The notes under the pieces were generated by a model that saw only the letters and a program-made list of their open reading frames with translations, ran no database searches and was not told the origin of the DNA. The position numbers and the translations under genes were made by a program. A DNA stretch of 64,000 nt from a virus (lineage: Duplodnaviria > Heunggongvirae > Uroviricota > Caudoviricetes), in IMG/VR virus record IMGVR_UViG_3300046522_000750; one strand, written 5' to 3'. Positions 27,777 to 36,780 of this stretch are shown one piece after another (the stretch's first letter is position 1; every line of letters begins with the position of its first letter).

Positions 27777-28088
27777 TCAGGCCAAGGTAAAGGTCGCTGA
27801 AATCGAGTCAGCAGACCCCCGAGCCATTGCACGCTGAAGTTTTTGCTCTGCCTCTGCGACGTTTTCGTGATAGGCGACATGCAGCCTTTCCCCGTCAATC
27901 GACTGCACGTACAGATGCGTGTAACCCTCATCATCCGGGCCATCGCGATACACCGCTGCGATCTGCGCCGGCTTCTCAATGAAGCGCTCAAGATTCTTTT
28001 GCGTGCGGCGATTATTTCGCTGTGCAGACACCGCAAACAGACCTACCAACACCAACGTATAAATCCCAAACCCGATCAGATAATTCAC
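27777..28088 (-). CDS. Membrane-anchored hypothetical protein (103 aa)
   Basis: N-terminal hydrophobic helix; AAGG RBS. Confidence 0.6.
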   Translation of the reverse strand: MNYLIGFGIYTLVLVGLFAVSAQRNNRRTQKNLERFIEKPAQIAAVYRDGPDDEGYTHLYVQSIDGERLHVAYHENVAEAEQKLQRAMARGSADSISATFTLA

Positions 28089-28168
28089 AGTGTCCTTACC
28101 CTTGCATTTATGCCTCAGGGGCTGACCCTGCTGCTCGTTTGAATGTATTTCCCTGAAGAGCGATGCTT

Positions 28169-29269
28169 CTACGCAGCTTTCTTCTTGCCCTTGCCGTCCG
28201 GGCTGTTCTTCACGCCGATGTCCTTGAAGGTGGTGCCATCAAAAGACAACGCACTCAGCTTGCCGCCGAACTCAACCGAAGACTCCAGGTTGAAGCTGCG
28301 CTGCCCTTGGGTGATGACCCGGCCATGCGCATTGCTGTGACCATGCACCTGATACCAGCCATGTGGCGCATTACGCTCAAACGCCGCGTCGACGTCGTCC
28401 TGGCGCTTGCCCACGCCACGCCAGCATTGATGCGCGGGAAAGAGCTGTGGCCAGCGGACAACGTCTGACAGCGCGCCGTGGGAGACCTGGAACTGGGTGC
28501 CCTTGAAAACGAACTGGAGCATGCTTTCAGTGCGGCCCATCAGTAACTCGGCAGTCTCGCGGTTAAAGCCCTGGCGCAGCAACTGAGGCAGTGTCTTGTT
28601 GCGAAACTCGCTCGGCTGCTCACGCTTGTTGAGCCAGCTCAGGATGTGGCGCTCATGGTTGCCGCACAGCAGCTTCACGTTGGGCTTTTTAAGCAGACCC
28701 AGGATCAGCTTGAGCACTGTGTCGTTGTCCGGCCCGCGATCAAACAGATCGCCGACAAAGATGAACAGCTTTTGCTCATCGAACTGCTTGTTCAGGAATT
28801 TGCGCAGCGGAACGGCGCAGCCGTGCACGTCGCCGATGAACACGATTTCGCGGTACTGACCGGAATAGTCCGGTGTGTCTTTGAAAACCTGGTCGGCCAG
28901 GCCGTTGCGACTCAGTAGGTTGACGCCGGATGGCGCTGGGCTCGACCCGTCTTGAACGACATGGATTTTGTAGCCCCACTTCTTGGCCAGCACCTTGTAG
29001 CGCAGCAAGTCAGTCTCGGTGAACGCCACCTCTAGAAAGGTGGTTTCGCCCAGAGACATACGATGCTCAAGGATTTCAAAGATCTTGGACTTCACCAGAT
29101 CATCCAGTGAACTTGGGTAGCCGAACTCACCGGAGGGCAGCAGAGACGGGCTGGCGTACATGGATCGCAACACATCGACGTTGATGGCGAGTGAGTCCAG
29201 AGCACTATTTTTCAAAATAGCCCCCTTCCCTGCGCCCACCGGCAGATCGATCAAGTACAAGTCCAACAT
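28169..29269 (-). CDS. Pnkp-like protein: degenerate N-terminal P-loop domain plus metallophosphoesterase
   Basis: FIGDVHGC, FVGDLFDRGPD, GNHE, SHG and VHGH are PPP/Pnkp phosphoesterase motifs; N-terminal LIDLPVGAGKG is an imperfect Walker A. Confidence 0.8.
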   Translation of the reverse strand: MLDLYLIDLPVGAGKGAILKNSALDSLAINVDVLRSMYASPSLLPSGEFGYPSSLDDLVKSKIFEILEHRMSLGETTFLEVAFTETDLLRYKVLAKKWGYKIHVVQDGSSPAPSGVNLLSRNGLADQVFKDTPDYSGQYREIVFIGDVHGCAVPLRKFLNKQFDEQKLFIFVGDLFDRGPDNDTVLKLILGLLKKPNVKLLCGNHERHILSWLNKREQPSEFRNKTLPQLLRQGFNRETAELLMGRTESMLQFVFKGTQFQVSHGALSDVVRWPQLFPAHQCWRGVGKRQDDVDAAFERNAPHGWYQVHGHSNAHGRVITQGQRSFNLESSVEFGGKLSALSFDGTTFKDIGVKNSPDGKGKKKAA

Positions 29270-29636
29270 CTCTGGCTCCTAGTGTCACCTCATGTAAGGT
29301 TGGCAATTTACCTAAAAATCAATGAATACGCACGTTGTTCGGACTTCATTCGTCGATTTAATTGCGTGTTGTTCGACATTCATTCATGATTTCAGACAGT
29401 TATAGGAGTTTCCATATACCTCGCCTGCCCTACCACCGCCTCTACACCGACCGTCGACCCCATACCCCACCAGTCAGCTCTTGATCGGCTTTTCAGACAG
29501 ATTTTTGTTTCGCTTGCTCGCCGTAGCCAGGCACCGCCAGGAATTCTCTTGTGTGGGCGCCCTGCTGGCCAATGGGTGTCATATCTGGCGCACCATGTGG
29601 CAAAGCCCCATGTTTCAAGCCAAAGCAAAAGCCACA

Positions 29637-29803
29637 GCAATAGGGTTTAAAAGCAAAAGCTCAACCCTATTGCCCAACAGCCAGATCAAAAACACAAAGC
29701 GATAAGGTTTAGAAGCGAAAAGCTCGACCTTATCGCCTGAAGCACCGAGCCAGATCAAGGACAAGCAATAGGATTTTAAAAGCAAAAGCCTTCATCCTAT
29801 TGC
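29637..29803. repeat. Three tandem structured hairpin repeats
   Basis: Units 29637-29673, 29699-29736 and 29765-29803, each a 10-11 bp stem with compensatory changes and a conserved AGC-AAAA-GCT inner hairpin; linkers contain AGATCAA. Confidence 0.8.
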
Positions 29804-29891
29804 TAAAGATCAAAAGCCAGAGCCGGTGGCCTGAAAGAGCAGACCACCGTGAAGGAGCGGCGCCGGCCAGGCGTCACCGGTTTGAAGTCGC

Positions 29892-30536
29892 TTAAAACAG
29901 GCCCAGTTGAGAGCCTTCAGGCTCTGCGGCCTGGGACTGGGCCCGCTCTTTGCGCTGAGCCAGCTTGTTCATGGTTGAACAATCGGCTAGCGGGTTGTGA
30001 GCAACACGAATCTTTTCAAAATGCGCCAGGATGAAATCGCTGCCAGTTGGCTCTGTTATCACTAACTTCGACCCGTAGTACTTGGCATAGTAATGAGTCA
30101 AGGGCAATGTGTATTGAATCAAAGCCTGCAAGATGTCAGGATGGCCCTCAAGCTTGGCGGTGATTGCTTCACAAATCAGGCTCTCAAATTTTTCCTGGTG
30201 CCATTTTTTGAGAATTGGCAGCGATCTTCCCATCTCCTTGGCTTTGTACCCGTAGAGATGACGCAGTCGGTCGTCTTGACGTCCGAGCCAGTACCAGTAC
30301 CCTTCCACCGAAGCGAATGAGCCGTGGTCGCTTAGGGTCATGGGACGATGGGCAAAGTTGGATGCTTCCTGGCCCACCCAGGTTTTACCTTGGCTGTAGA
30401 TGTTGAGGTGTGTGATGCCATCCGTCGCGGGATCCAGGACTAATTTTTCGGCCATTTCAATCTCCTTTTTGCATATATGTCTTATTTTAGCTCTGACGTC
30501 TCGAACAATTAAAGACAAATAATCAACTTTACTCAT
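29892..30536 (-). CDS. NADAR-like (phage gp30.3-type) protein with C-terminal QLGLF
   Basis: HLNIYSQGKT..G..ASNFA, GSFASVEGYWY and AK..G motifs recall NADAR-family proteins. Confidence 0.55.
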   Translation of the reverse strand: MSKVDYLSLIVRDVRAKIRHICKKEIEMAEKLVLDPATDGITHLNIYSQGKTWVGQEASNFAHRPMTLSDHGSFASVEGYWYWLGRQDDRLRHLYGYKAKEMGRSLPILKKWHQEKFESLICEAITAKLEGHPDILQALIQYTLPLTHYYAKYYGSKLVITEPTGSDFILAHFEKIRVAHNPLADCSTMNKLAQRKERAQSQAAEPEGSQLGLF

Positions 30537-30551
30537 CTTCCATTAGTTAAG

Positions 30552-30578
30552 ATTACTTGTATTATTGCCACAAGTAAT
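30552..30578. promoter_or_regulatory. Inverted repeat ATTACTTGT-N9-ACAAGTAAT (candidate operator)
   Basis: Perfect 9 bp inverted repeat in a short divergent intergenic region. Confidence 0.55.
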
Positions 30579-30598
30579 AAATATAAGAGGGCATTTTA

Positions 30599-31936
30599 AT
30601 GCTGTTCAAGAAAGCTATTCTACCCCTGCTGATCCTGGCATCGCTGTCTGGTTGTGGCCCTGCGGTGCTCGACGGCACCTCGCCCGACACCCTGGATGCC
30701 TCGATTGCCAAGGTGGCCAACAAGCTGCCGGGTGATCAGCGACCGCAGTTTGGTGTGGATGTGGAGCTGGTAAAATCGTATTACGCCAAGCAAAGCCCGG
30801 ATCAGTTCCTGTTCAACCTCAATGGCAAAAACGCAGCGGAAATTGCTGCTGAGGCCAACAACCTGCGCGAACAGCTCAAACTGGAAGAAGAAAAGCTCGC
30901 CGTCGAAGAGATGAAGAAGGCCTACCTGGTCGAACTCGCTGAGAAAAAAGCCAGCCTGCTGGAGTCGATCAAGCCGCTGGAAGAGAGCAAAAACCAGAGC
31001 CTTGATCGTGCTCGCTTCCAGGTGGTGAAGTCAAACATCTCGCTGGCCAAGAAAGAAACCAGCGGTGAGCGCATGAACGCCATCGACCTGACCGTCACCA
31101 ATGGCAGCTCTCAAGAGATTTACGGTGCGTTCTTTAGCGCCACCCTCAGCGTGCCCGGTGAAGAGAAACCGCGCCTTGAGAGCGTAATAGATGTCCAGTT
31201 TGAAAATGGATTACAACCCGGAGAGACGCGCAGCCTCATGTTCGTCCCGACGCTTGCCAGCGAATGGCGATCAGTTGAGCTGCCGACATCCGGTGTGTTC
31301 AGCCTGGTCACCGATGAATTAATGAATATTGCCAACAAGCCGCTGTTCTCCCAGGCCAGATTTACCCCCGATGACCAGGTCGCCCTGGACAGCCTCAATG
31401 CCGAGCTGGCTACGGTAAACCTGGAACTGGGTGTGGCTGACGGCAGCACCGAGAAAGCGTCTGAGGCGGGTATTGAACAAACTCCAGTGGCACAACAGGA
31501 ACCACAGGGGGAGTCTTCCCTGCCCCCTAGCCTGCTTCCTGAAGCAAATGCCGATTCCTCCCCTCCTCTGATCGAGCCTGTTACTGAATCCGGCTTCCTG
31601 CCTTCTGACGTCCAGGCCGAGCCTGAAATCAGGGAGGAATCGCCTGAGGCAGCAACTGATCCTGCACCTGTAGAGCCAGCGCCAGTGCCCGTGGCAGCAT
31701 CCGCCCCTACGGATTCTGCAGCACCCACAGCACCAGCGCCTGTGACAGAGGCTGCTCCAGCCGAAGCGCCGGCGCCAACTGAGGCACCTGTAGAGGAAAA
31801 CGCTCCGTTTTCACCCGAAGATGATGTCGACCCGGCGACCCTGGCACCGACACCACCACCGGCTACCGTGAGGATCGAAGACGTCAGTCCGAACTCAGCC
31901 TCGACCCCGAAGCGAGTGCAAGCCAAGCATTCCTGA
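30599..31936 (+). CDS. Lipoprotein with coiled coil and long Pro/Ala/Glu-rich tail
   Basis: MLFKKAILPLLILASLSG-C lipobox; low-complexity PAE region in the last ~150 aa. Confidence 0.75.
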   Translation: MLFKKAILPLLILASLSGCGPAVLDGTSPDTLDASIAKVANKLPGDQRPQFGVDVELVKSYYAKQSPDQFLFNLNGKNAAEIAAEANNLREQLKLEEEKLAVEEMKKAYLVELAEKKASLLESIKPLEESKNQSLDRARFQVVKSNISLAKKETSGERMNAIDLTVTNGSSQEIYGAFFSATLSVPGEEKPRLESVIDVQFENGLQPGETRSLMFVPTLASEWRSVELPTSGVFSLVTDELMNIANKPLFSQARFTPDDQVALDSLNAELATVNLELGVADGSTEKASEAGIEQTPVAQQEPQGESSLPPSLLPEANADSSPPLIEPVTESGFLPSDVQAEPEIREESPEAATDPAPVEPAPVPVAASAPTDSAAPTAPAPVTEAAPAEAPAPTEAPVEENAPFSPEDDVDPATLAPTPPPATVRIEDVSPNSASTPKRVQAKHS

Positions 31937-31953
31937 TCTAAGAGTCAACAATG

Positions 31954-31978
31954 AAGGCCCTCACCGAGGGTCTTTTTT
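31954..31978 (+). terminator. Rho-independent terminator
   Basis: AAGGCCCTC-ACC-GAGGGTCTT-TTTT. Confidence 0.75.
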
Positions 31979-32126
31979 ATGGCCTACAGTTTCTGATTGA
32001 TGATTACAATAACTTGTATGCCAATAAATGGATGGCCTTGGCCTTTGGGAAAATAATACTTGCATGACTTACAAAAACTGATAATATCCGCCTCATGATT
32101 TAGCGATTACCTACGGAGTCAACCTT

Positions 32127-32438
32127 ATGAGCCAGAACCTCTTCGAGTTACTCACCGATGATCCGGTCGAGTACAATATGAAGCATCTGAAGACCCAGCT
32201 CTTCATGGTACTGATCACCTTGATCCGCGACAAAGGATGGACACAGGCCAAAGCGGCTGAAGAGTTGAAGGTCACTCAGCCTCGGATGAGCAACCTCTTC
32301 AAAGGTTATCTGGATAAGTTCTCCATCGATACCATCCTGGAAATGCTGGTGCGCAGCGGTTACAAATTGGATGCCGACTTCAACCCAGAGAATGAAAATC
32401 TGCCGCTGGTTATGAACCTGAAAAAAGCTTTGTTCTAA
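32127..32438 (+). CDS. XRE-family HTH protein (HTH_37/HigA-like)
   Basis: LK.QL...L..LIRDKGWTQAKAAEELKVTQPRMSNLFKG..DKFSIDTI..ML pattern. Confidence 0.85.
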   Translation: MSQNLFELLTDDPVEYNMKHLKTQLFMVLITLIRDKGWTQAKAAEELKVTQPRMSNLFKGYLDKFSIDTILEMLVRSGYKLDADFNPENENLPLVMNLKKALF

Positions 32439-32471
32439 ACCATTTTCACACCGGAAATAAGGATCTTCATC

Positions 32472-32690
32472 GTGAAAGCACTACTGATTGCGGCCCTGGC
32501 CCTGATCTCCTTTACCGCCCAGGCCGACAGCCCTTTCGGTCGCTGGGAGGAACACCGCTACTTGCCTGACTGGGCTGCCGATCAAGTAATAAAGGCTGCC
32601 GAAAATAACGGTGGTGCCTGTCACAAGCTGGCCGTCACCAAGGGCATGATCCTTGTCTGCTACTACCCAGGCGAGATGGAGAAAAACTGA
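32472..32690 (+). CDS. Small exported protein (72 aa)
   Basis: MKALLIAALALISFTAQA signal peptide. Confidence 0.65.
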   Translation: MKALLIAALALISFTAQADSPFGRWEEHRYLPDWAADQVIKAAENNGGACHKLAVTKGMILVCYYPGEMEKN

Positions 32691-33100
32691 TGTTCCCTTA
32701 CAAGCAAATCATCTCAGCCTTGTTCCTGGTTGGCCTGGTAGTTAACGCCCATGCCGGCGACATGAATGTCGTGACCGGTGGTTCGACCGTCACCATCAAC
32801 GGCAAGACCTACACCGGTAACGTCGTCATGGTGAACGGCAATAACGTCATTGTTGATGGCGTGAAACAGAAAGGTGGGCCACTGGTAGGCCCGATTACCG
32901 TGGTGGTCAACGGCAATGCTGAATCTGTTGAGACGGCTGCTGGTAATGTCTCCGTGACCGGAAATGTTGGCAGCGTCCATAGCGTCAGTGGGGACGTCAA
33001 AAGCGGTGATGTGAATGGCGATGTCACCACCGTCTCCGGCGATGTCAGCTGCAAGATCCACCAGGGCAAAACCCACACCACCTCAGGCGACATCCGCTAA
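32690..33100 (+). CDS. Exported protein with G(D/N)V beta-repeat (DUF4097/adhesin-like)
   Basis: Signal peptide ending AHA; repeats GNVSV, GSV.S.SGDV, GDV.T.SGDV. Confidence 0.65.
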   Translation: MFPYKQIISALFLVGLVVNAHAGDMNVVTGGSTVTINGKTYTGNVVMVNGNNVIVDGVKQKGGPLVGPITVVVNGNAESVETAAGNVSVTGNVGSVHSVSGDVKSGDVNGDVTTVSGDVSCKIHQGKTHTTSGDIR

Positions 33101-33124
33101 CTGGCCTCTGAAGGAATACAAACC

Positions 33125-33463
33125 ATGGGCAAGACCATTAAACGCGGGATCGTCAGCGAAACCAGGCACCTGAACCCTGGGGCACATAAGCACCGAGCGG
33201 TGGGCGGTTCGATCAAGCTGGTCTTGGCCGAATGCGGTCATACCCAATACCGCAAGCTGTCTCAGGGCGTTCCTGACTCTCGCGTCGTGCGCTGCATGGT
33301 CTGTGAAGAACTTCGAGACGAAGCCTTGCAGGGCGTGATTCAAAACGAAAAAATTGGTGACGGCCCGTCGTATCGGCTGGGCTGGAATGCTGAACTCAAC
33401 TTGCCAACCCGAACCCACAACGGAGTGACCCAGCATGCCGGCGAATACCTCAAGGCTGAATGA
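33125..33463 (+). CDS. Hypothetical protein, possible zinc ribbon
   Basis: ECGH...RCMVC motif. Confidence 0.55.
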   Translation: MGKTIKRGIVSETRHLNPGAHKHRAVGGSIKLVLAECGHTQYRKLSQGVPDSRVVRCMVCEELRDEALQGVIQNEKIGDGPSYRLGWNAELNLPTRTHNGVTQHAGEYLKAE

Positions 33464-33893
33464 CTCGGCGGGCGAGGCTGCGACTATCAAACCGCCCTTC
33501 CTGATCAAGCATGCTGCCCTGCAAGATTTCAGCGACTGTCTGTTCAACACCTGCCGGGTGATGATCGATGCCGCGAATGCTTTGAACGTGAATGGTAATG
33601 CCGAGCTTAAAGATCTGAAAAGGCAAGCCCTGATACTGGCCAGGAAAGCGGCCAAACATCACGTCAAGTGCCAGGAGCGGCCTGAGAGCGAGGCCAGGGC
33701 CATGATTAAAGGGAAACTCTTTAAAATCTGGATCATCCTTGACCGCATTTCTCGTGCTCTCATCGTCGATACTGAAAGCAAGCTGCTGTTTCGTGACATG
33801 GTTAATCGAACTGTCGAAGAAATCGACGACTGCGTTATGAGAAATTCGAAATCCAATATGGCAATTCTTGATAATCTAGCCACCGAAGGCTAA
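33435..33893 (+). CDS. Helical hypothetical protein, paralogue of 33942..34340
   Basis: Shared PF.IK..ALQ..S.CL, ANAL.V.G, C...PE.EA and VDTE.K...R..V.RT.EE. Confidence 0.75.
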   Translation: MPANTSRLNDSAGEAATIKPPFLIKHAALQDFSDCLFNTCRVMIDAANALNVNGNAELKDLKRQALILARKAAKHHVKCQERPESEARAMIKGKLFKIWIILDRISRALIVDTESKLLFRDMVNRTVEEIDDCVMRNSKSNMAILDNLATEG

Positions 33894-33941
33894 ATCGCTT
33901 TTGCACCCATGATCCCTAGAACGACCCAGAAGAAGAACAAG

Positions 33942-34340
33942 ATGCCAGAACAAAACCACCAGCCGTTTGTGATCAAAAACCCGGCCCTGCAAGAGCTAAG
34001 CTCCTGCCTTCTTCAGGCCAGCAAAGTGCTGGTGGGCGCGGCGAATGCGCTGGACGTTGAAGGCAGTAAGAAGCTGGCCAAGGTGCAGAAGGATGCCCTG
34101 GCCGTGGCCAAGAAGGCTGGACAGTTGCGTTCGACCTGCATGAGCCTGCCCGAGCATGAGGCCAAGGACTCGCTCACGAAAATTCTCAGGAAGTCTTGGG
34201 ACATGCTGACCTGCATCGCCCGCAGGATGCTGGTGGACACCGAAGCCAAGCGAAAACTTCGCTACCTTGTGTTGCGCACGGCTGAAGAGACTGGCGAGTA
34301 CCTGGCCAAAGACGCCAAGGTCAAGCCGGCGCTTCGCTGA
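33942..34340 (+). CDS. Helical hypothetical protein, paralogue of 33435..33893
   Basis: Collinear with 33435..33893, sharing the same motifs. Confidence 0.75.
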   Translation: MPEQNHQPFVIKNPALQELSSCLLQASKVLVGAANALDVEGSKKLAKVQKDALAVAKKAGQLRSTCMSLPEHEAKDSLTKILRKSWDMLTCIARRMLVDTEAKRKLRYLVLRTAEETGEYLAKDAKVKPALR

Positions 34341-34370
34341 TCAGACATCCTCCAGAAAAGGAACACCGCA

Positions 34371-34589
34371 ATGGAACTGGATCCTTGGAAAATGCCTCCC
34401 AGGCCGGCTGAGCAGTGTACGCCGGAAGAACGGAAGGAGTGGCTGGCGCACTACGATGCAACGGCCCCGGAGCGCGAACGGCATTCGGCAAGCTTTGAGC
34501 GCACAGCCGCGATTTCCATGATGGTTTCGCTGATGCTTCCGCTGCTCATCTTCATGGTCTCCACCTTTGCCTCAAAGATCTTTCATTAA
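34371..34589 (+). CDS. Small protein with C-terminal transmembrane helix
   Basis: AAGGA RBS; hydrophobic tail. Confidence 0.55.
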   Translation: MELDPWKMPPRPAEQCTPEERKEWLAHYDATAPERERHSASFERTAAISMMVSLMLPLLIFMVSTFASKIFH

Positions 34590-34608
34590 CGATGACTGGA
34601 CTGATCCC

Positions 34609-34950
34609 ATGAATCGAAACAAAACCATCGGCATGGTTACATCACTGGTCGTTGCCCTTCTGCTGTCTGGATGCGAGCCAGCTCAAGATGACCCTGTGTT
34701 GTCGACCAAGGAAAAATGGTACGTCGTAAAAGAGATAAAAAGAGGAAAGCGTTTTAAAGTGAGCTTTCGCGACGAGGTTACTGGCCAGGTGCTTCTCATG
34801 AAGCTCAGTTCATCGAATTGCAGTAGCAGAAGGAATCTTCAGTTGGAAAGTCGATGGCTACTGGCTGAGGTCGTGCGCCAGGGCAAGAACAGCGCCTACA
34901 CTGAGCTCGAAGGAAAAAGCGATCTCTGTGCCAAATTGCGAGCAATGTGA
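34609..34950 (+). CDS. Putative lipoprotein
   Basis: MNRNKTIGMVTSLVVALLLSG-C lipobox. Confidence 0.65.
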   Translation: MNRNKTIGMVTSLVVALLLSGCEPAQDDPVLSTKEKWYVVKEIKRGKRFKVSFRDEVTGQVLLMKLSSSNCSSRRNLQLESRWLLAEVVRQGKNSAYTELEGKSDLCAKLRAM

Positions 34951-35053
34951 TCGGTGCCATCCTCGCCGACTGCTTAATCATCATTGATTTATGCATGCCT
35001 ACCTGTTGTAACACGTCGACCCAGCTACTACCGGCCTTGGAGGCCCACAAAAA

Positions 35054-35452
35054 ATGTCGAATTCCGATAAATTGCCAACACCTGGCAGCAAGCATGTATA
35101 CCCACTGGGCATGGGTTTTCTTGCTTTCGCCGTTAGCTTCATCGTTCTATCGTTCCTGTCTCAGCCTCTTCCTAAGCTTGTTCACCCCGTCCAAACGACG
35201 CAGAACACAGATGGCACCCAAACGGTCGTCGAGCAGGAGATGTCTTTGCTGGGGTCTTTGAGCCTGTGCTCGAGCACCTTCACGACTGAAAAAGCTGGCG
35301 CCGATGTAACGATGAAGCTGGTAAAAAAAGAATGTCGGCCAGACAATGGATCCACCAACAGTGCAGATCCTCACGTGCCATCGGTGACCGTGGACGGCGT
35401 TAAATACGCACCCGTTCAAACCCATGATCAAAACTCTGTACTGGTAAAATGA
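35054..35452 (+). CDS. Membrane-anchored protein, paralogue of 35486..35776
   Basis: TM helix then QT...TDG...E....L..L..CS..F......V.K.C. Confidence 0.6.
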   Translation: MSNSDKLPTPGSKHVYPLGMGFLAFAVSFIVLSFLSQPLPKLVHPVQTTQNTDGTQTVVEQEMSLLGSLSLCSSTFTTEKAGADVTMKLVKKECRPDNGSTNSADPHVPSVTVDGVKYAPVQTHDQNSVLVK

Positions 35453-35485
35453 ATCCCACATGACTGGGCCGATCAAGGAACACCT

Positions 35486-35776
35486 ATGTCGAATTCATAT
35501 TTCGTAAGCCCTGCTGTCGGCTTTAAGGTTGACAGAATTTTCTGTGAGTTTTGCCTGTTTATTGCCGGCATGAGCCTACTCATTTGGATGTGCTCATTCC
35601 TTCCAAAGGAAAAGGTCACTCAAACAATCTTTGGCACAGACGGCAGCGTGGTAATCGATTCTGAAATCTTTCATCGGCTAACAGGCCTGACTGAGAAGTG
35701 CTCGGCACGCTTTAAGGCGATTGCCGTAAGTGCCGACACTATTCGCCTGGCAGAAGTCAGCAAGAGTTGCGACTAA
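35486..35776 (+). CDS. Membrane-anchored protein, paralogue of 35054..35452
   Basis: Same two-Cys motif; AAGGA RBS. Confidence 0.6.
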   Translation: MSNSYFVSPAVGFKVDRIFCEFCLFIAGMSLLIWMCSFLPKEKVTQTIFGTDGSVVIDSEIFHRLTGLTEKCSARFKAIAVSADTIRLAEVSKSCD

Positions 35777-35853
35777 CTGTGACTCCTGAAAAGGCGGGCT
35801 CATTGAAAGACTGCATCGGCGACAATACTCGCGTTAATAACTGAAGGACTGCC

Positions 35854-36096
35854 ATGCCTACCGTAACCGTTGACGGGATTGTCTACGTACCCCTCGCCGA
35901 GATCCCGGAACTGACTGATGAGCGCCTTAAGCTCGCGCTTCAAGAGCTGGTCAGCATGCAGTACTTGCGACAGAGCAACAAAGCGATTGCCCAAGCCTGG
36001 AATGTGCTGCATATCCTTGCCCCGGAATTAGCCGAGCTGGCCGCTGACAACCCTAAAGCTGCGTATGACCGCATGCACGGCGCCGATGATGACTAA
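35854..36096 (+). CDS. Hypothetical protein (80 aa)
   Basis: AAGGA RBS. Confidence 0.6.
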   Translation: MPTVTVDGIVYVPLAEIPELTDERLKLALQELVSMQYLRQSNKAIAQAWNVLHILAPELAELAADNPKAAYDRMHGADDD

Positions 36097-36139
36097 TCTA
36101 CACCACACGACGAACTGAAATTTTCGAAGGAATGACGAC

Positions 36140-36403
36140 ATGTGCGAAGACGTAAAAGCCCCGGACGGCAGCAAATTCACCGTAAGTTTCAAGAAAGGCG
36201 TTCCGCCTGCTGGAAGCGGGCCTTGGATCTACCTGCTGGACGATGGCTCGATCTACAGCGGGGCTATCGTCGAGTCGACCACCTTTCCCGCTGGCGCACT
36301 CAGCACGACCAATCCCGTGGGCGGATTTCATGAGATTTTTGAGATCCCGCTACGGCGCATTATTGGTTATGCTTTCGCTGGTAACCAGTACCCGTTCGAT
36401 TGA
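36140..36403 (+). CDS. Hypothetical protein (87 aa)
   Basis: AAGGA RBS. Confidence 0.6.
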   Translation: MCEDVKAPDGSKFTVSFKKGVPPAGSGPWIYLLDDGSIYSGAIVESTTFPAGALSTTNPVGGFHEIFEIPLRRIIGYAFAGNQYPFD

Positions 36404-36555
36404 ACTGGAAATGTGAACCTGCAACACCGCCACCGGCAACGTGAAGGTAACTAAATGCCTATAAAATCGAAGAAATCCCTGCTGGCCAGCTTTGTCCTGT
36501 GGTTCACCATTGCGCCGGCGATTTCGACGAATAACCTTCAACCAGGTAAAGCGCA

Positions 36556-36780
36556 GTGATCAAGATGATCGCATCCTTTGCCACGTACATTTTGTCCGTG
36601 GTGCTGGTCTTCGTCCTGGTTGCAATAATCGTTATCGAATCTACGTCTGTGGCGCCTTTAAAAAAGCCTCTGGCAAAAGACCGACACCTTAAAGCGGTCA
36701 CTTGTGACGACCTGGCTGCTTGTCAGTTCCAGGATCACACCGGCACCGAAATCTTCCTTCCGAACGGATCATCCCAATGA
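36556..36780 (+). CDS. Small membrane protein (74 aa)
   Basis: N-terminal hydrophobic helix; overlaps the next start. Confidence 0.45.
   Translation: MIKMIASFATYILSVVLVFVLVAIIVIESTSVAPLKKPLAKDRHLKAVTCDDLAACQFQDHTGTEIFLPNGSSQ

Noticed and set aside
31120-31926. 268 aa minus-strand Gly/Ser/Ala-rich ORF
   Set aside because: Antisense reading of the low-complexity lipoprotein tail
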